DNA from: Eledone cirrhosa
Lineage: Eukaryota
Reading direction: 5' to 3'
NCBI GenBank assembly: GCA_964016885.1
Contig: OZ024748.1
Coordinates: forward strand, 54,312,001 to 54,376,000
Length of the DNA stretch: 64,000 nucleotides
A model generated the notes under the pieces. That model was not told where the DNA came from. It saw only the letters and a program-made list of their open reading frames with translations, and did not search any database. Position numbers and translations under genes: made by a program. This document shows positions 27,400 to 41,811 of the stretch, piece by piece; within the stretch, counting starts at the first letter, position 1, and each line of letters opens with the position of its first letter.

Positions 27400-27850
27400 A
27401 GAGAGCGAGAGAGCAATCTATAGGTGTATCGTTCGCACACACACACACATTGTAGGTATATAGAATATATTAATTAAAAGCTATCGATGTGTGAGTGTGT
27501 GTAAGTTTGTTAGTTACGTGTGCGTGTCTCAAGTGAAGTTTGTGATTGGTTAATTTTCTAAGTTTATCAATGAATAAAATATTTTCTAAAATTCGTTTAT
27601 GATTTAAGATTAAAGCAGGCGGTTACTACCGTGTAAACTATAGACATTTGAGACAAACCGATTTTTCACCTTATGGGGTAATATATTTATATATATTTAT
27701 ATATACAATTTTTCACATAACCTCTTAATATTTAAATTTGTTAAATATTATTATTATTATTATTATCACCTCACAATGCCTAATTTATTGTTTACAACTT
27801 TTTTTTACTTTCTATTTTATTACCCGCTTGTCTAATTCGTGTATGTTTTA

Positions 27851-27942
<92 letters not shown>

Positions 27943-28362
27943 TTGTGTGTGCGTGATGTTTATGTTGCGAGTCGATCATTTTTTTTTTTTTTTACCCTGA
28001 TTATTGAGGGAGTAATCTCTACGGAGTCGTTCGATCTGTTGGAAAATACAATATAATTCTCTCTTAGATTGCACCCTAAAGGAAGGACACACTGGATAAT
28101 GTAGTCTTAAGTACGCTCACTCTCTGGATTGAACAAACAAAAAGTCACTGGCTTATCACAGCTCTTCTCAATCAAACTTGACTTGGGACTAAACAACATC
28201 CTATTTCTTTCTATTTGTAGGTCTTTATATATATATATATATATATATATGCATATACATACGCGTATATATATTCTTCTTGTGCCCGTGAAGGGCCTTT
28301 AGACAATCTTATCGATCCCACTACTTATCTTATCGATCTCTTTCGTAATATGAGTGTGTGTG

Positions 28363-28419
<57 letters not shown>

Positions 28420-29247
28420 ATATCCTGTGGTCGGAATCGGAGTATGTTACTTTGTTAAATTCCATTTGTAAATGTGTGCTTCCGTAAATAGTTTCCATTT
28501 GTATTGCATTATAGCAGCGAGTATCCTATTTATCGTATACAGGATTTGTGTGTGTGTGAAATAGAGGTGAGAAGCAAAAGAAAGTATATATTCGTATGAC
28601 AATGTGTTTAAGTATCCTGTGTTGTGTGTTTATGTATGTGTGAGTGTGTGTATGTATGTGTGTGTGTATGTATGTGTGTGTGTATGTATGTATGTGTGAG
28701 TGTGTGTATGTGAAAGCTGTCAATGCGGAAGTCCTTCGTCAGAGGATAAGAAATCACCATGGTAATATATCCTTTCTATTATTAGTGTAGTGTCAAGGTT
28801 TTCCCTTTTTTTTTCCCTCCAGATACGGAAAGTGTTGTAGCATTGTATATATAAGTTGGTGTGTGTGTATATACATACATATATGCATATATATATATAA
28901 ATAAATATAGTAAGACACCCTATGTGAAAGATTGAACCCCCGACCAGGATCTCCACTCTCTCTAATACCTACAACTAAGAATCCACCTATTATATACATA
29001 TATGAGTTTGGCTACCTTTCACGGTGTGGCTCAATGAAAAATTAATTAAGCAAATAATTATTAATCAGAGCTATATATAAAATTGCATATATATATATAT
29101 ATATATAAATCCAGCGCATAATCCGCTGGACGTCTTGTAGATGGAGAAAGGCTGCATTTCATATTGAAGTTTTTTTAAAAAGGCCTGAAACAAAAGCTGA
29201 GTCATTGAAGTGATTTCAGTTCCAGCTCTATAGCTCACTATTTATTA

Positions 29248-29440
29248 TTTTTACCTTTTGATACTCACCCACCCCAAACCGGCTATGGTACTATGAAACA
29301 AAACCACCCATTTTAAAAGTTTCTATATATATTAAAATCTTCCAACAGAATTTTCTATAAGAACCATATGTTAAGTAATGAAGTAATTAATAACTTTAAT
29401 AAAGCCCTCAGAATTCATCATTATCTAAGATACAGTGCAT
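29248..29440. repeat. AT-rich dispersed repeat starting (tt)aaccctttt (probable DNA-transposon derivative)
   Basis: Similar segments at ~44480-44640, ~57158-57300, ~60700-60900 and ~23400-23630. Confidence 0.4.
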
Positions 29441-29442
29441 TT

Positions 29443-29672
29443 GATAGATCGCTCCACTTACATCGACCATACACCACTACCCACCAAATCGAGAAAAAGC
29501 TATCGATCTGTTAATCCTACCTGTGTCCAGACCAGGTGAGTTTCCCGTTGCAAGCTCTACTCCTTGTGGTGCCCTTCAGTCAATTCATTTAAGTTTCTGT
29601 TTTGCAACCATACTCCTCCCGGAGCTGACTATGGTTTCCCGAGTCATCGAAGTGAACGGCGGTGGACCGCCA
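29443..29672 (-). pseudogene. Decayed 18S rRNA fragment
   Basis: Minus strand ggagtatggttgcaaaacagaaacttaaatgaattgactgaagggcaccacaaggagt...ctcgatttggtgggtagtggtgtatgg...gtggagcgat. It matches the conserved eukaryotic SSU segment around GAAACTTAAAGGAATTGACGGAAGGGCACCAC, with substitutions and internal deletions. Confidence 0.85.
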
Positions 29673-30276
29673 TTCCTATCGCTATTTTAATAGAAACAGT
29701 CAGGAAAAGGTTTAACTTCAGTCATCAATATGACAAGAAAGAAATGGATATCGTAATTTCCCTTCTCTCCTCGTCTTCCCTGATTTTAATATCAATGAAC
29801 TTATTACTTGTAATGTTTAGATATTCTTTTGTTGAGAGAGGCCCTTCAGCTCTTTCTTTATCTTTTCGGAGTTTATATAATTCAGTAATTGAGAGAGGGA
29901 GAGGTCACCCTTCCTCGGTCATGACTGACCATGAAGTTGCACATGGAAAGTTCCTGTCAAGGGTGCAAGACTGGGCAAGGTGTCGTGGAAGACCAGCAGT
30001 CGCCCATGGTGGGTGCCCCCCCCCCCCCCCCCCCGACGCTACCGATATTATCCAATCGATTATATCGATTACACACGTCTCTCTCCCTCACCATATTGTG
30101 GCCTTTTTCATTTTATCTTAATACTATTATTAAGCCGGATAACCCAGCCCGGGGAGGGTCCCTGCCTTTGAGAGTAAGGTTTCTCTGTTCAATCCCGTAT
30201 TACCTTGCCGTTTCATTTCCCTTTCCATATGTAAATATATATAATAAAATGAAGCAAAATAACCAGGATTAAATTA

Positions 30277-30321
<45 letters not shown>

Positions 30322-30565
30322 CACACACATACATGCGTACATGCAAGCAAACAATCCGATATATTTACACAAGCACATGGAGGCCAGTGTGTGTGTGTGT
30401 GTGTGTGTAATCAACAGTGACTGAGGAGGAAATATGGACTGATAACATGGAGTCAGCTGAAACAGTCAGTTATGAAACACCGAAAGAAGGAAACCAAAAA
30501 ATGACTGACACACAAACACAGTCGTGTTGACCTTCACACACATTATTATTTCATAGATACGACCG

Positions 30566-30631
<66 letters not shown>

Positions 30632-30680
30632 CCATATATATATATTTTAAAATCCAAATTCAATAAACAAACCAGGATTT

Positions 30681-30740
30681 TTTCATTCTGAGGATTGAAA
30701 GCAAAACCTTTTGCTTTTAAGAAACCACTGGTAAATGGAA
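30681..30740 (+). ncRNA. Type I hammerhead ribozyme motif (complete), in a (TA)n-embedded island
   Basis: tttcatt-CTGAGGA-[ttgaaagcaaaa cc ttttgcttttaa]-GAAA-cca c tgg-TA-aatggaa. Stem I is 7 bp (one G.U), the CUGANGA and GAAA core is canonical, stem II is long, and stem III is ACCA/UGGU. The GUA cleavage triplet ends at 30733. Confidence 0.85.
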
Positions 30741-30967
30741 TAATTGCCTTATGTTGTTTATTACATAATAATAATATATATATATATATATAAATATATA
30801 TATTTTTATACTTTGGGAGGGTCATGTTGCCAATAAGAAACACACGCACCAGTTGCTTTCACTTCAATTTATTATATATTTATAAATTTATAAATTTACA
30901 AATCTACAAACCTATAAATTTCTGGTTGGTTGGTTGGTTCCACAACCAGATAGTTGTTTATATATAT

Positions 30968-31012
30968 AGTCATAGTCCTTTCGTCACACACTCTGTGACC
31001 TCTTCAGTGACT
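30968..31012 (-). ncRNA. Minimal type I hammerhead ribozyme motif
   Basis: Minus strand reads agtca-CTGAAGA-g-[gtcaca gagtg tgtgac]-GAAA-g ga c-TA-tgact. Stem I is 5 bp, stem II is 6 bp, and stem III is a 2-bp near-palindrome (AGGACU) with a CUA triplet. Flanked by (TA)n. Confidence 0.75.
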
Positions 31013-31064
31013 GGGGATTCCTTTCTTCTCTTCGTTTCTGTGCCTTTTCTTTCTTCTATCCTAC

Positions 31065-31119
<55 letters not shown>

Positions 31120-31284
31120 GCGTGTGTGTGTGAATGGAAAATGGCGTGCTGCGTTGTTGTGAATGTGAACATATGAATGAAAATAGACCGAGATACGACT
31201 GTCCATCATCAGTAGTCTACTGGTATTCATTGGTATTTCTTCGCATATATATGTGTGTGAATATATATATATATGTGTGTGTGA

Positions 31285-31358
<74 letters not shown>

Positions 31359-31454
31359 GTGTGTGTGTCTGTGCATATATATTATTGTTATAGGATATAG
31401 TGCCCGACGGTCAACCCTAAGCCAGTTTTGTTGCAAAAAGAAATATATATACAT

Positions 31455-31784
31455 ATATAGTGTTGCTAATGATGTATCGTCTGCCTGAATATTATTACGG
31501 GTGGCTTATGATGTATCGTCTATCTGTAATATTTTGACGGGTGGCTTATGATGTATCTTATACCTATAGTGTTACTACGCGTGGCTTATGATGTATTGTC
31601 TACCTGTAATGTTATTACGGGTGGCTTATGATGTAACATCTTCCTATAGTGTTATTACGGGTGGCTTATGATGTAAATCTTCCTATAGTGTTATTACGGG
31701 TGGCTTATGATGTAACATCTTCCTATAGTGTTATTACGGGTGGCTTATGATTTATTATCTCTATAGTGTTGTTACGGGTGGCTG
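31455..31784 (+). repeat. 40-bp minisatellite, ~8 units
   Basis: Unit gttattacgggtggcttatgatgtaacatcttcctatagt. gtggcttatg occurs at 31501, 31541, 31581, 31621, 31661, 31700 and 31740. Confidence 0.92.
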
Positions 31785-33288
31785 CTGGCTTTTGACTTGG
31801 TTTTATCTTTGATCATACTGACTTCCACCTCCTTTCGTACACACATTTATGTATATTCACGCTTCCTCATACACACACACATACACATACACACACACAC
31901 AGTGATGGCTACTATACTTGACACAGTGACCCGTGTTTTAATTAACTGAAATTAAAACCCTTGTGAGGAAAATATCATTAGCGTAAATGAAAATTTAATT
32001 TAAGGAAGGACAAGCGTGAGAACCCTTGGAATTTCAGTCAACCAAAATTTTAGTTTAAATCATGCATGATGTGTGTCCACCTTGCCCTTTCTGAGAGTAA
32101 ATCTTCTCGACTGCTAATGATTCTAAAAAAATAATTTCATTTAATTAAAAATTATTTTCGGTCCACCACTTCAAGTACAGTAAAAACAATGCTTCCATTG
32201 GTTGTTTCACTTCCTGCTAGTTGCAACTCTTGGTAGACGTAGCCACCAGGAATATTTTGATTTAAAAAAAAAAGATGCCCTGTGTTTCTAGGATTCGAAC
32301 TAACAACTTTATGATCTTGAGTTCGATTTAACAGCTTAGGAACGAGCGGCTTCCCTTGAACGTGACAGAATGTGACATTAGATGAAGTTGTTATTAGCAA
32401 TATATCATTATTGTTGATAAATGTTGTATAGTCTTGGTCAAGCTGCTCTAGAGGATGTCACGTGTACATAAATGTAAGCCAGAAGAAATGTGACAGTAAT
32501 ATAGCAATATAGACGACAGCGTGGCTTGTGATTAAGGGGTTCACTTTGCTAACACGTGATTCTGGGTTCAGTCTCGCTGTTCAACTAACCTAGACAAGTG
32601 TCTTCTGCTATATAGCCTCGAGTTGACCAATGCCTTGTCAGCAGGCGAAAATCAGAGAAGCCTATCCTCTCTCGCTCTCTCTCTCTCTCTGTGTATATAT
32701 ATATGTGTGTGTGTGTGTGGTCGATTCGTGTCTGTTCATGACCTGTAACGTAGCCGTTTGGCCAAAGAGAAAAGGAAAAAAAAAGAGATCAATAAAAACA
32801 TGTACCAGACTTGCAGTGACCCAGAATGGCCGCAGTCTTACAATTTAAACCACTGAAAGAATATATAATGTGTGTAGCTGATCAAGGTTGTCTTGGAGCA
32901 ATCCCATACATCTATCCATTCTAGCCGGATATCAGTCGTGATTTCTCTATTCCTGCCTATCCCAGCTATATTAAGCGTCTGAAAAGTGTGGTGGTGGTGG
33001 TCAATATCTATAAATAGACGAAAGGGGGGAGGAAGAGGAGGAAACGGAAATTGGGACCAAAGACACATTTGACAAACTTACTTGCAGTGTTCTCTCTCAA
33101 ATAACATTATTATTATTATCTTTATTCGATCAAGTATGGAGGTTGATTTAATGAACTACCACTGCTCAACAAATTGCTGGCCTTGTGCCTAAATTAGAAA
33201 TTATAATTACTATTATTACTAATAGTGTGTTACAACACCAAAATACTTCTCTCGTTCACACTTAGTGAATTTGATGTATGTATATGTA

Positions 33289-33343
<55 letters not shown>

Positions 33344-33429
33344 TTACCATAAGCTCTTTCCACAGATCGTTTGCTTTACCAAACTAGACTACACTACACA
33401 CACACACACATATATATATATAAGAATTG

Positions 33430-33552
33430 AACAGTTCTGGTCATGTAGAAATCATTTCTATATATATATGTACTAAAGATGCCTATACTCTATCAATGTA
33501 TTGAGTACCTTTTATAACTGTAGTTACCCTCGACACAACTCAGGAGTCTACA
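33430..33552 (+). mobile_element. TATTGAGTAC-tail island related to 17201 element
   Basis: tactc...TATTGAGTAC (33499-33508) followed by ..ctgtagttaccc.., similar to 17295-17360. Lies between (TA)n runs. Confidence 0.5.
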
Positions 33553-33560
33553 TATATATA

Positions 33561-33750
33561 GTATAATTAAAATTTCAAACACTACAGTATCAGAACGCCT
33601 CCTCCACTAAGCAGTGGTGGTCATAACTGGACCGCGAAACCTAAAGTCGTACCAACATGTTATGTGGATGAAATTTTAATTATACGAAATATGCTCTCTT
33701 GCAATAGATTGAGCATTGTTTTCATTGGCTTTTTGTCTACGGATATCATG
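33561..33750 (+). mobile_element. (TA)n-embedded island with inverted 5' arm and hammerhead 3' half
   Basis: 17-bp perfect inverted repeat at 33561-33577 / 33669-33685. gtggtc/gaccgc stem followed by GAAAC-ctaaa-GTC. Hairpin atgctc...attgagcat at 33691-33716. Confidence 0.55.
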
Positions 33751-33768
33751 CATATATGTATATATACA

Positions 33769-33830
<62 letters not shown>

Positions 33831-34088
33831 ATGTTTATAGTCACTTATATGCCTAATTATTGTAGGCTTTTTGCTTACATTAATTTCTCTACTTTCATTT
33901 ATATATATATAAAACATATATACACATATCTACACGTCGAACTTGCATTCCTCTTTCCAATATAAAGCGTGAAACTAAGACTTTTCGTACCTCTGTTTGT
34001 TGACTCCTTGAACTATATATATATATATATATACACACACACAAACATGTATATATGTAGGATGTTAGTTAAAACTAACTTTATGATC

Positions 34089-34253
<165 letters not shown>

Positions 34254-34788
34254 GTACACATATACACAATCTCCAACCTACAACAGTAAAAGAAATTAAA
34301 AAATTAATACACCATTTGAATATATAGTAATAGTATATTCTTTATCAGGTAGATTGCGTTTTATCTCTTTTTTACTATGTTGGGATTCTTTGTCCGGTGG
34401 GTGTGTGGATCGTGTCCGATGAGAGGGGTGGTCCCTCTGCGCCCACACGTGTATGGACGAGAATATGTTGAAATCCACAATAATTCTTTATCTATTTTTG
34501 TCTTTAATATTTCCACCCCAATCCACTAGGTAACAAACACAAACAATAAATCAAATCTATATTCAGTTACCCGTTCATTAATATATAATGATATATAATG
34601 TATCTGGCCGCTTTTTCTCGTCTCCACGGGTATTTTACCAGATTTTCTAAGCTATTATTTATAACGATCGACTGTTGTTATAGCAATTTTCTGCGTTTGG
34701 GATTCGCGCATTTTCATATTGTCATATATATATTACATAAAAAGAAAAACACTATGATTATTGCATTGTGCCTAAAGTAGAAACAATT

Positions 34789-34860
34789 ATTGCATTACCA
34801 AAGGTTTCAGGAAACTAGACGATCTTAACAGAAACGTCCAGTACGCTCATCAGATGAAAT
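34789..34860 (-). ncRNA. Type I hammerhead ribozyme motif
   Basis: Minus strand reads atttcat-CTGATGA-g...actggacg...cgtctagt...ct-GAAA-cc ttt gg-TA-atgcaat. Stem I pairs 6/7 bp, stem III is ACC/GGU, and the triplet is GUA. Adjacent to a (TA)n/(TG)n array. Confidence 0.72.
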
Positions 34861-34875
34861 ATGTATGTGTATGTG

Positions 34876-34954
<79 letters not shown>

Positions 34955-36866
34955 GCGTGCATACACACACACACATACACTGGGTAGAGAAGGCAGGAGC
35001 TAAGCCACTGTGACCGGTCTGGTTGCATTATTTTGTTAGTGGCAAGTACAAGGGAACTGCCGCCACGGAAGAGTCAGTTAATCCTACTGAGAGACCAGCA
35101 GTGTGTCAACGTTAGCCTTCCTAGCTTCCTTTCCTTTCCAGTTCCTTCCAGCATGGGTTGTCTTTGAAACCGCATTATTTTATAGATAAGTTTTTTTTTT
35201 AAATAATAATAATGGAGGATTGAATGAAAGAAAGAAAAAGTCAGTTTGTCAATTGTTTAGTTTTACAGTTATTTCCATTGGTTGTTTGTGTAGCTGTTGG
35301 TAAATAAATGTTGTTGTTGTTAGCCGAAGCGTAGCGTGTATATTTACACCGAAAGCGTAGTGTGTATATTTACACACTCACAAACACATATATTTAAATA
35401 TATAAAAATATTAGAGAGAGTGATGAAACGACTGGGCTCAAACTTCGAAGTCACTAACAATTTTCTAATTACAAAAATGATGTGTATGTATGCATGTATC
35501 TATATGTGTGTATGCATGTATGTATGTGTATGTGGGGGGTGTATATAAATATATATATATATAAGTAGAAGTTGTATTTAATATATATGCATGTAAGCGC
35601 GTGTGTGAAAGCGGAAAAACATCAACGCGATGACGGCAAGAAAAAGGAGGACGGGGGAGGAGATATTGGGAGGTAGTAGTAGTAGTTAGAAGACAGGAGA
35701 AAGGTGATAGAGAAAGAGAGGGAGGGAGGGAGAGAGAAAGAGAGTGCATTTCAAAGAAGAAGAAAATGATGAGACGATAGAGAGAGAAAGAGAAAAAAGG
35801 TCACATATCAAGGTGTCTAAATTCCCACACTCCTACCCTTTGCGTCTCTCATTAACCGCCTCCTACTGCCTTTTTCATTATGTATCTCTCTCTCTCTGCT
35901 CATTTACTAACCCCCCCTCTCTCTCGCACTCTTTTTGTATCTCTTAATACAATCTCTCGCTCTCTTTTCAGTAGTCTGACCTTGTTCTTTGAGATTAATA
36001 AATGAAGAAGGAAAAAGACAGAGATAGAGAAGGAGTGTCTGTCTGTGTGTGTGTGTGTTTGTGTGTATGTATCTGTCTGTATGTGTAAGAGAGAGAGCTA
36101 GAGAGCTTGGCAAAGCTTTTCGCTCGCACACACACAAACTGCTACTGTTTCTTTTTAATAGCATGCTTCTCGTCGCCGCTTGAACAAGCAAAACCACACG
36201 ATACAGACACACCATAAACACACATCTTTAAATGTGTGTGGTGTGTGTCTCTCTCTCTTTACACATAATTATATATAACATGTATACATAACACACACAC
36301 GTATATATATAGATATATATATGTGTGTATGTATGTATGTATGTATGTATATAAAGGATTTACTATTTCGGAATTTCTTTTTCTATTCATATGTATATAT
36401 ATATACATACATAATCATCAAAACGTCAACAACGACATAACCACGTCTAATAATAACAATAATTTTTTCTATATAATAACAGTATCAACAATAGCAAGTC
36501 TATGTTGTTACATATATATCACCCACGGAACCTTACTTAATATAAAAAAAACAACTCACAACGCGAAGATGGTACCTTAATTTCTATTTTTAAATGGTTG
36601 ACTCAGCTCTGAAGTGAAATATAATTTTATTGAGGTGATTCTTATTTCTAACGTTCTTTCTTTCTCTCTCTCTGTCTGTCTGTCTGTCTTTCCATTTTTT
36701 TCCACCTCCGTTGTGTCTTGATATTGTATTTATTTCACATTATCATTACTATTTTTTTTTACAAATTCTATTATATTTTATAAAACATTACGTTTGTATT
36801 AACTTTGTTTTTCTTGTCAGTCTGTCAGTCTTTCTTCATCGTGCCATCATTATTTTGTATAATTTG

Positions 36867-36905
36867 TACTGGATAATTGCTGGCCTTGTGCCTAAAGTAG
36901 AAACA
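36867..36905 (+). mobile_element. 39-bp SINE A 3' fragment with 18-bp TSD
   Basis: attattttgtataatttg at 36849-36866 and 36906-36923. Confidence 0.85.
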
Positions 36906-36952
36906 ATTATTTTGTATAATTTGGTATTATGATCATTTACAAACACTCCTCA

Positions 36953-37006
<54 letters not shown>

Positions 37007-37268
37007 CCGAAACTCTTGTATGCTTTATGTTGTAATGTGTCTGTGTCGGGTGGCGAAGTTTACGTTTAAAGATGAGGAGAAAGTAAGTTGGGTTATCACT
37101 TTCCACCTCTTTCTTTCTCTCTCTCTCTCTCCGACATGTGTTTGCATGTGCATATGTATATATGTACAACTACGGTAGAATGCATGTTCGTGTATGTTTT
37201 TCATTGCTAGCCGGATGGATGTTGATGGTTGTAGAGACTGGGACGAGATTTGTATGGGTTTGTATGTA

Positions 37269-37303
<35 letters not shown>

Positions 37304-37768
37304 ATATATATATATATGCATATGTGGTCTGAAGAACGGGTATATAGTTGATAACGAAAACGATGATGATGACTTGTTATTGTGGGGACAGAGGAAGGAG
37401 GAGGAGAGAAGGATGCTGTATCAGAGTTACTTCCCTTGGCACTTTGTACAGCGGAAGAGAGAAAAAAATTTTTTTTTTTCTCTCGTATTTGTTGTTTATT
37501 TACATTCATCATCATCATCATCATCATAGCTATGGTCGTTATCATCATCACAGCTATGATGAATAGTGGGAGCCGGAACCATCGAGGTGCAGCCATCCAT
37601 ACGTCATAATCTGTAACATAGAATATTATAAGAACTCCTCTGCTGTTACCACTACTAGCAAAATCACATGTCAACCGAGATAGATAAACAGGGTTCTTCT
37701 CTAGGAATGCATATATTTCCACTTATATTGATGATTATGATGAACATACTTATTACTGCTGTTGTTGT

Positions 37769-37830
<62 letters not shown>

Positions 37831-38287
37831 AATATAGATATACACACATATATATACACTTATATATATATCGTGGTTTTGTTTCCTCTTCGTTAACACA
37901 CAAACACACACACAAACCTGATCAATGCATCTACACTGTATTATCATTATATTTTTCTAACCTCATACATACACATATATATATATAAGTGTGTATATAT
38001 ATATTGGCATATACATACATCTATGTATGTAATGAAAACATGTTTGTGTGTCTGTATGTATTCTCGTTGATGATGACTCATTTTTCACTTCTTTTAATTA
38101 ATCCACCTTTCCCTCTCTGTCGTATTTTCTTATGGTGCATATCTAATGTTTTACATAAAACACCAGCCATTCGTTTCTCTCTCTCGATCCATCTTTTCGC
38201 GCATTTCTCTCTCTCTCTCACACGTATACTCATCTCTATCTCACACACACACTAGCATTCATCTCTGTCTCTCTTTCTTACACACAC

Positions 38288-38325
<38 letters not shown>

Positions 38326-39388
38326 CTCATCTCTCGCGTTCACACACACGCAAACACCCCTCTCTCGAATCATCTTTTCACACACTTCCTCATCTCCGTC
38401 TCTGTCCAGTCTCTCTCTTCCTATCTTTCTTTTCCGCTCTCTCTCACTCTCACACACACACTTTCCTTCTTTCAAGCAAGCAGACACTGTTTCATTACAT
38501 TTGATCTCTTGTAATTACTAGACATACTTATATATAGACATATACACAGATATACTTATATACACACACACACTTATATATACACACACACAGACTCCAG
38601 AACACATTTTCTTATGCTAACTCTCACGATCTCTCAATTATTTTTTCGCACGTATATACACATGCAATTTCTATTTCACTTATTAGCATACATACACAGT
38701 CTCTCTCTGTGTATATATATATATATAACCCCATACATTTGTGATCTCTATCCTATAAACACTCATTCAGTTCCACGTTGTCTATCTATCGATCTATCAC
38801 ATTTATCTTTCTGCCATTATTTAACATTAATGATAATGTCTTTATATATAATTTCCCTTAAGTATCAAACGCATCATCATCATAATATAGGTTTTATTTC
38901 AATAGGACAATATTTCCAGACAAACAACACTCTCCGTCTCTCCTCTAGTTCAATGAGGGGTAAAGAGAGAGAAAGACAAAATATCGTCCCATGTTTACAG
39001 CGGTATGGTTGGTGCCCCTTCAAGTTCTTCCTTCTATCTTTAATCCGCCATGCAGTACTCCGCAGCTTAGCAATTTTTATTATTAATCATTATTTTCATT
39101 AATTTTCTCTAAATTCTCTCTAATTTCTATTCTGTTTGGGCCATTTATCATCTAGCTATCTGAGTAAATACTTGAAAGATTAGCTAGATACTTCGTTGCA
39201 TCTCATACTGCACCTTCAAATGTATCCAAAACATAACTATGCCTAGTATTATATATATATATATATAGCAAGAAACGGATTTAGGTTCCCGCGAGTGATT
39301 CTATTCACTTCATCCGCCTCAAGGAACTGTCCACGATATATTTTCAACTATTTTACGATCTGCTTCATAAAACGTTTCAACACCCAAC

Positions 39389-39434
<46 letters not shown>

Positions 39435-39749
39435 TGCTAGATAGATGTTATCTTCCAAATATGTTATCGTTTCCTCGGCCAGCAAAACACAAGCTTTTCG
39501 TCTCACCTCTTCCGTATCTTTCTACTTTCTGAGAAAATAGTTTGAAATTTACCACTGTTGCCTTATTTATCTAAGCTAGCAGCTCTAGGGGACAGTAAGA
39601 ATATTTTCCTTCTTTCTCCCCTGTATCCCTCTTTCATCCCCGATATATATATATATATACACATATGTTCATATACTACACCCATACATGTTACATCTTG
39701 GAGTGGGATCAATCTGTGTTGAGTGAGGCGAGGTTATTGAAGTTTAAAT

Positions 39750-40625
<876 letters not shown>

Positions 40626-40743
40626 TATTCATAATCTGATGTTAATTATTTCGGAAACAAATTATTTCAAAATCTCAGTCGTTGCCTCTAGAGATGCTTT
40701 TAGAATGTAGGGTGGTCTGTCCTCATATTCTTTACTTGGTGTG

Positions 40744-40779
<36 letters not shown>

Positions 40780-41577
40780 TACACACGTGTATATGTATCT
40801 ATATATATATACACACACACATTTCTGTGTAAGCTATTTTATTCATTATATTGATGTAACTGATTATATATTATAATTGGAACTAGCGCATAATTAGGAG
40901 GAAGATAATTATCAAATGTGTGTGTATGTACATATAATCACAAATTGTGTGTGTGTGTGTGTATATATATAGAGATGTGTATATACATACATATATAATG
41001 AATGTAGATATTGTACACACTTAGAGGAAAACTAAGTCAAGTTTAATATTGTTTCTAGAGGGAGCAATTATGGAAAGGAATTGTATGGTTCGTGTGTGTA
41101 CACGTGTGAGTGTGTTGCTCTACATGTATGTATGTATGTATATATGTGTGTGTGTTTACTTATTCACGCACTTGGGAACACAAAATTGCTTGACAAAGAT
41201 TTTTTAGCATTGTGTGTGTATATGTGTGTATATATATATGTGTGTGTGTGTGTGTATATATGTGTGTATGTGTGTGTACATACAAACATATATGTATATG
41301 CATCATATCCCTAGTAACAAATAAAATAAAACCTCAACAATATTATAGCTAGCCTGGTCATAGTTATCACAACAGCCAAAACAAAAGTTTACACACACAC
41401 ATATGTGTACATATATATATATATAATGTATACATACATATAATGTATATTTGTGTATATGATGTAAAATCTGTGTCAAGAACTCTCCAATGTCAGTTCA
41501 TTGTCCTGAACTAAGAAAATTTACTTCATTTTTTTCATAAATACATACATACATATATGTGTATATATATATAATAT

Positions 41578-41612
<35 letters not shown>

Positions 41613-41713
41613 CTAGTGTTACCACTTGTGAAGTAGACTTTTTTTTAAAGAAATAAATGGGATTGTATGAACATTTTTTAACTCATCCAATCATTTCATT
41701 TCTTGGTACACAT

Positions 41714-41811
<98 letters not shown>

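Noticed and set aside
29564-30121. 185-aa ORF
   Set aside because: Starts in the antisense of the 18S fragment, crosses a poly-C tract, and has no recognisable domain.
31455-31784. Common origin of the 40-bp and 37-bp minisatellites (shared ggtgg and tcctata words)
   Set aside because: Similarity is limited to short words and is not distinguishable from chance by eye.
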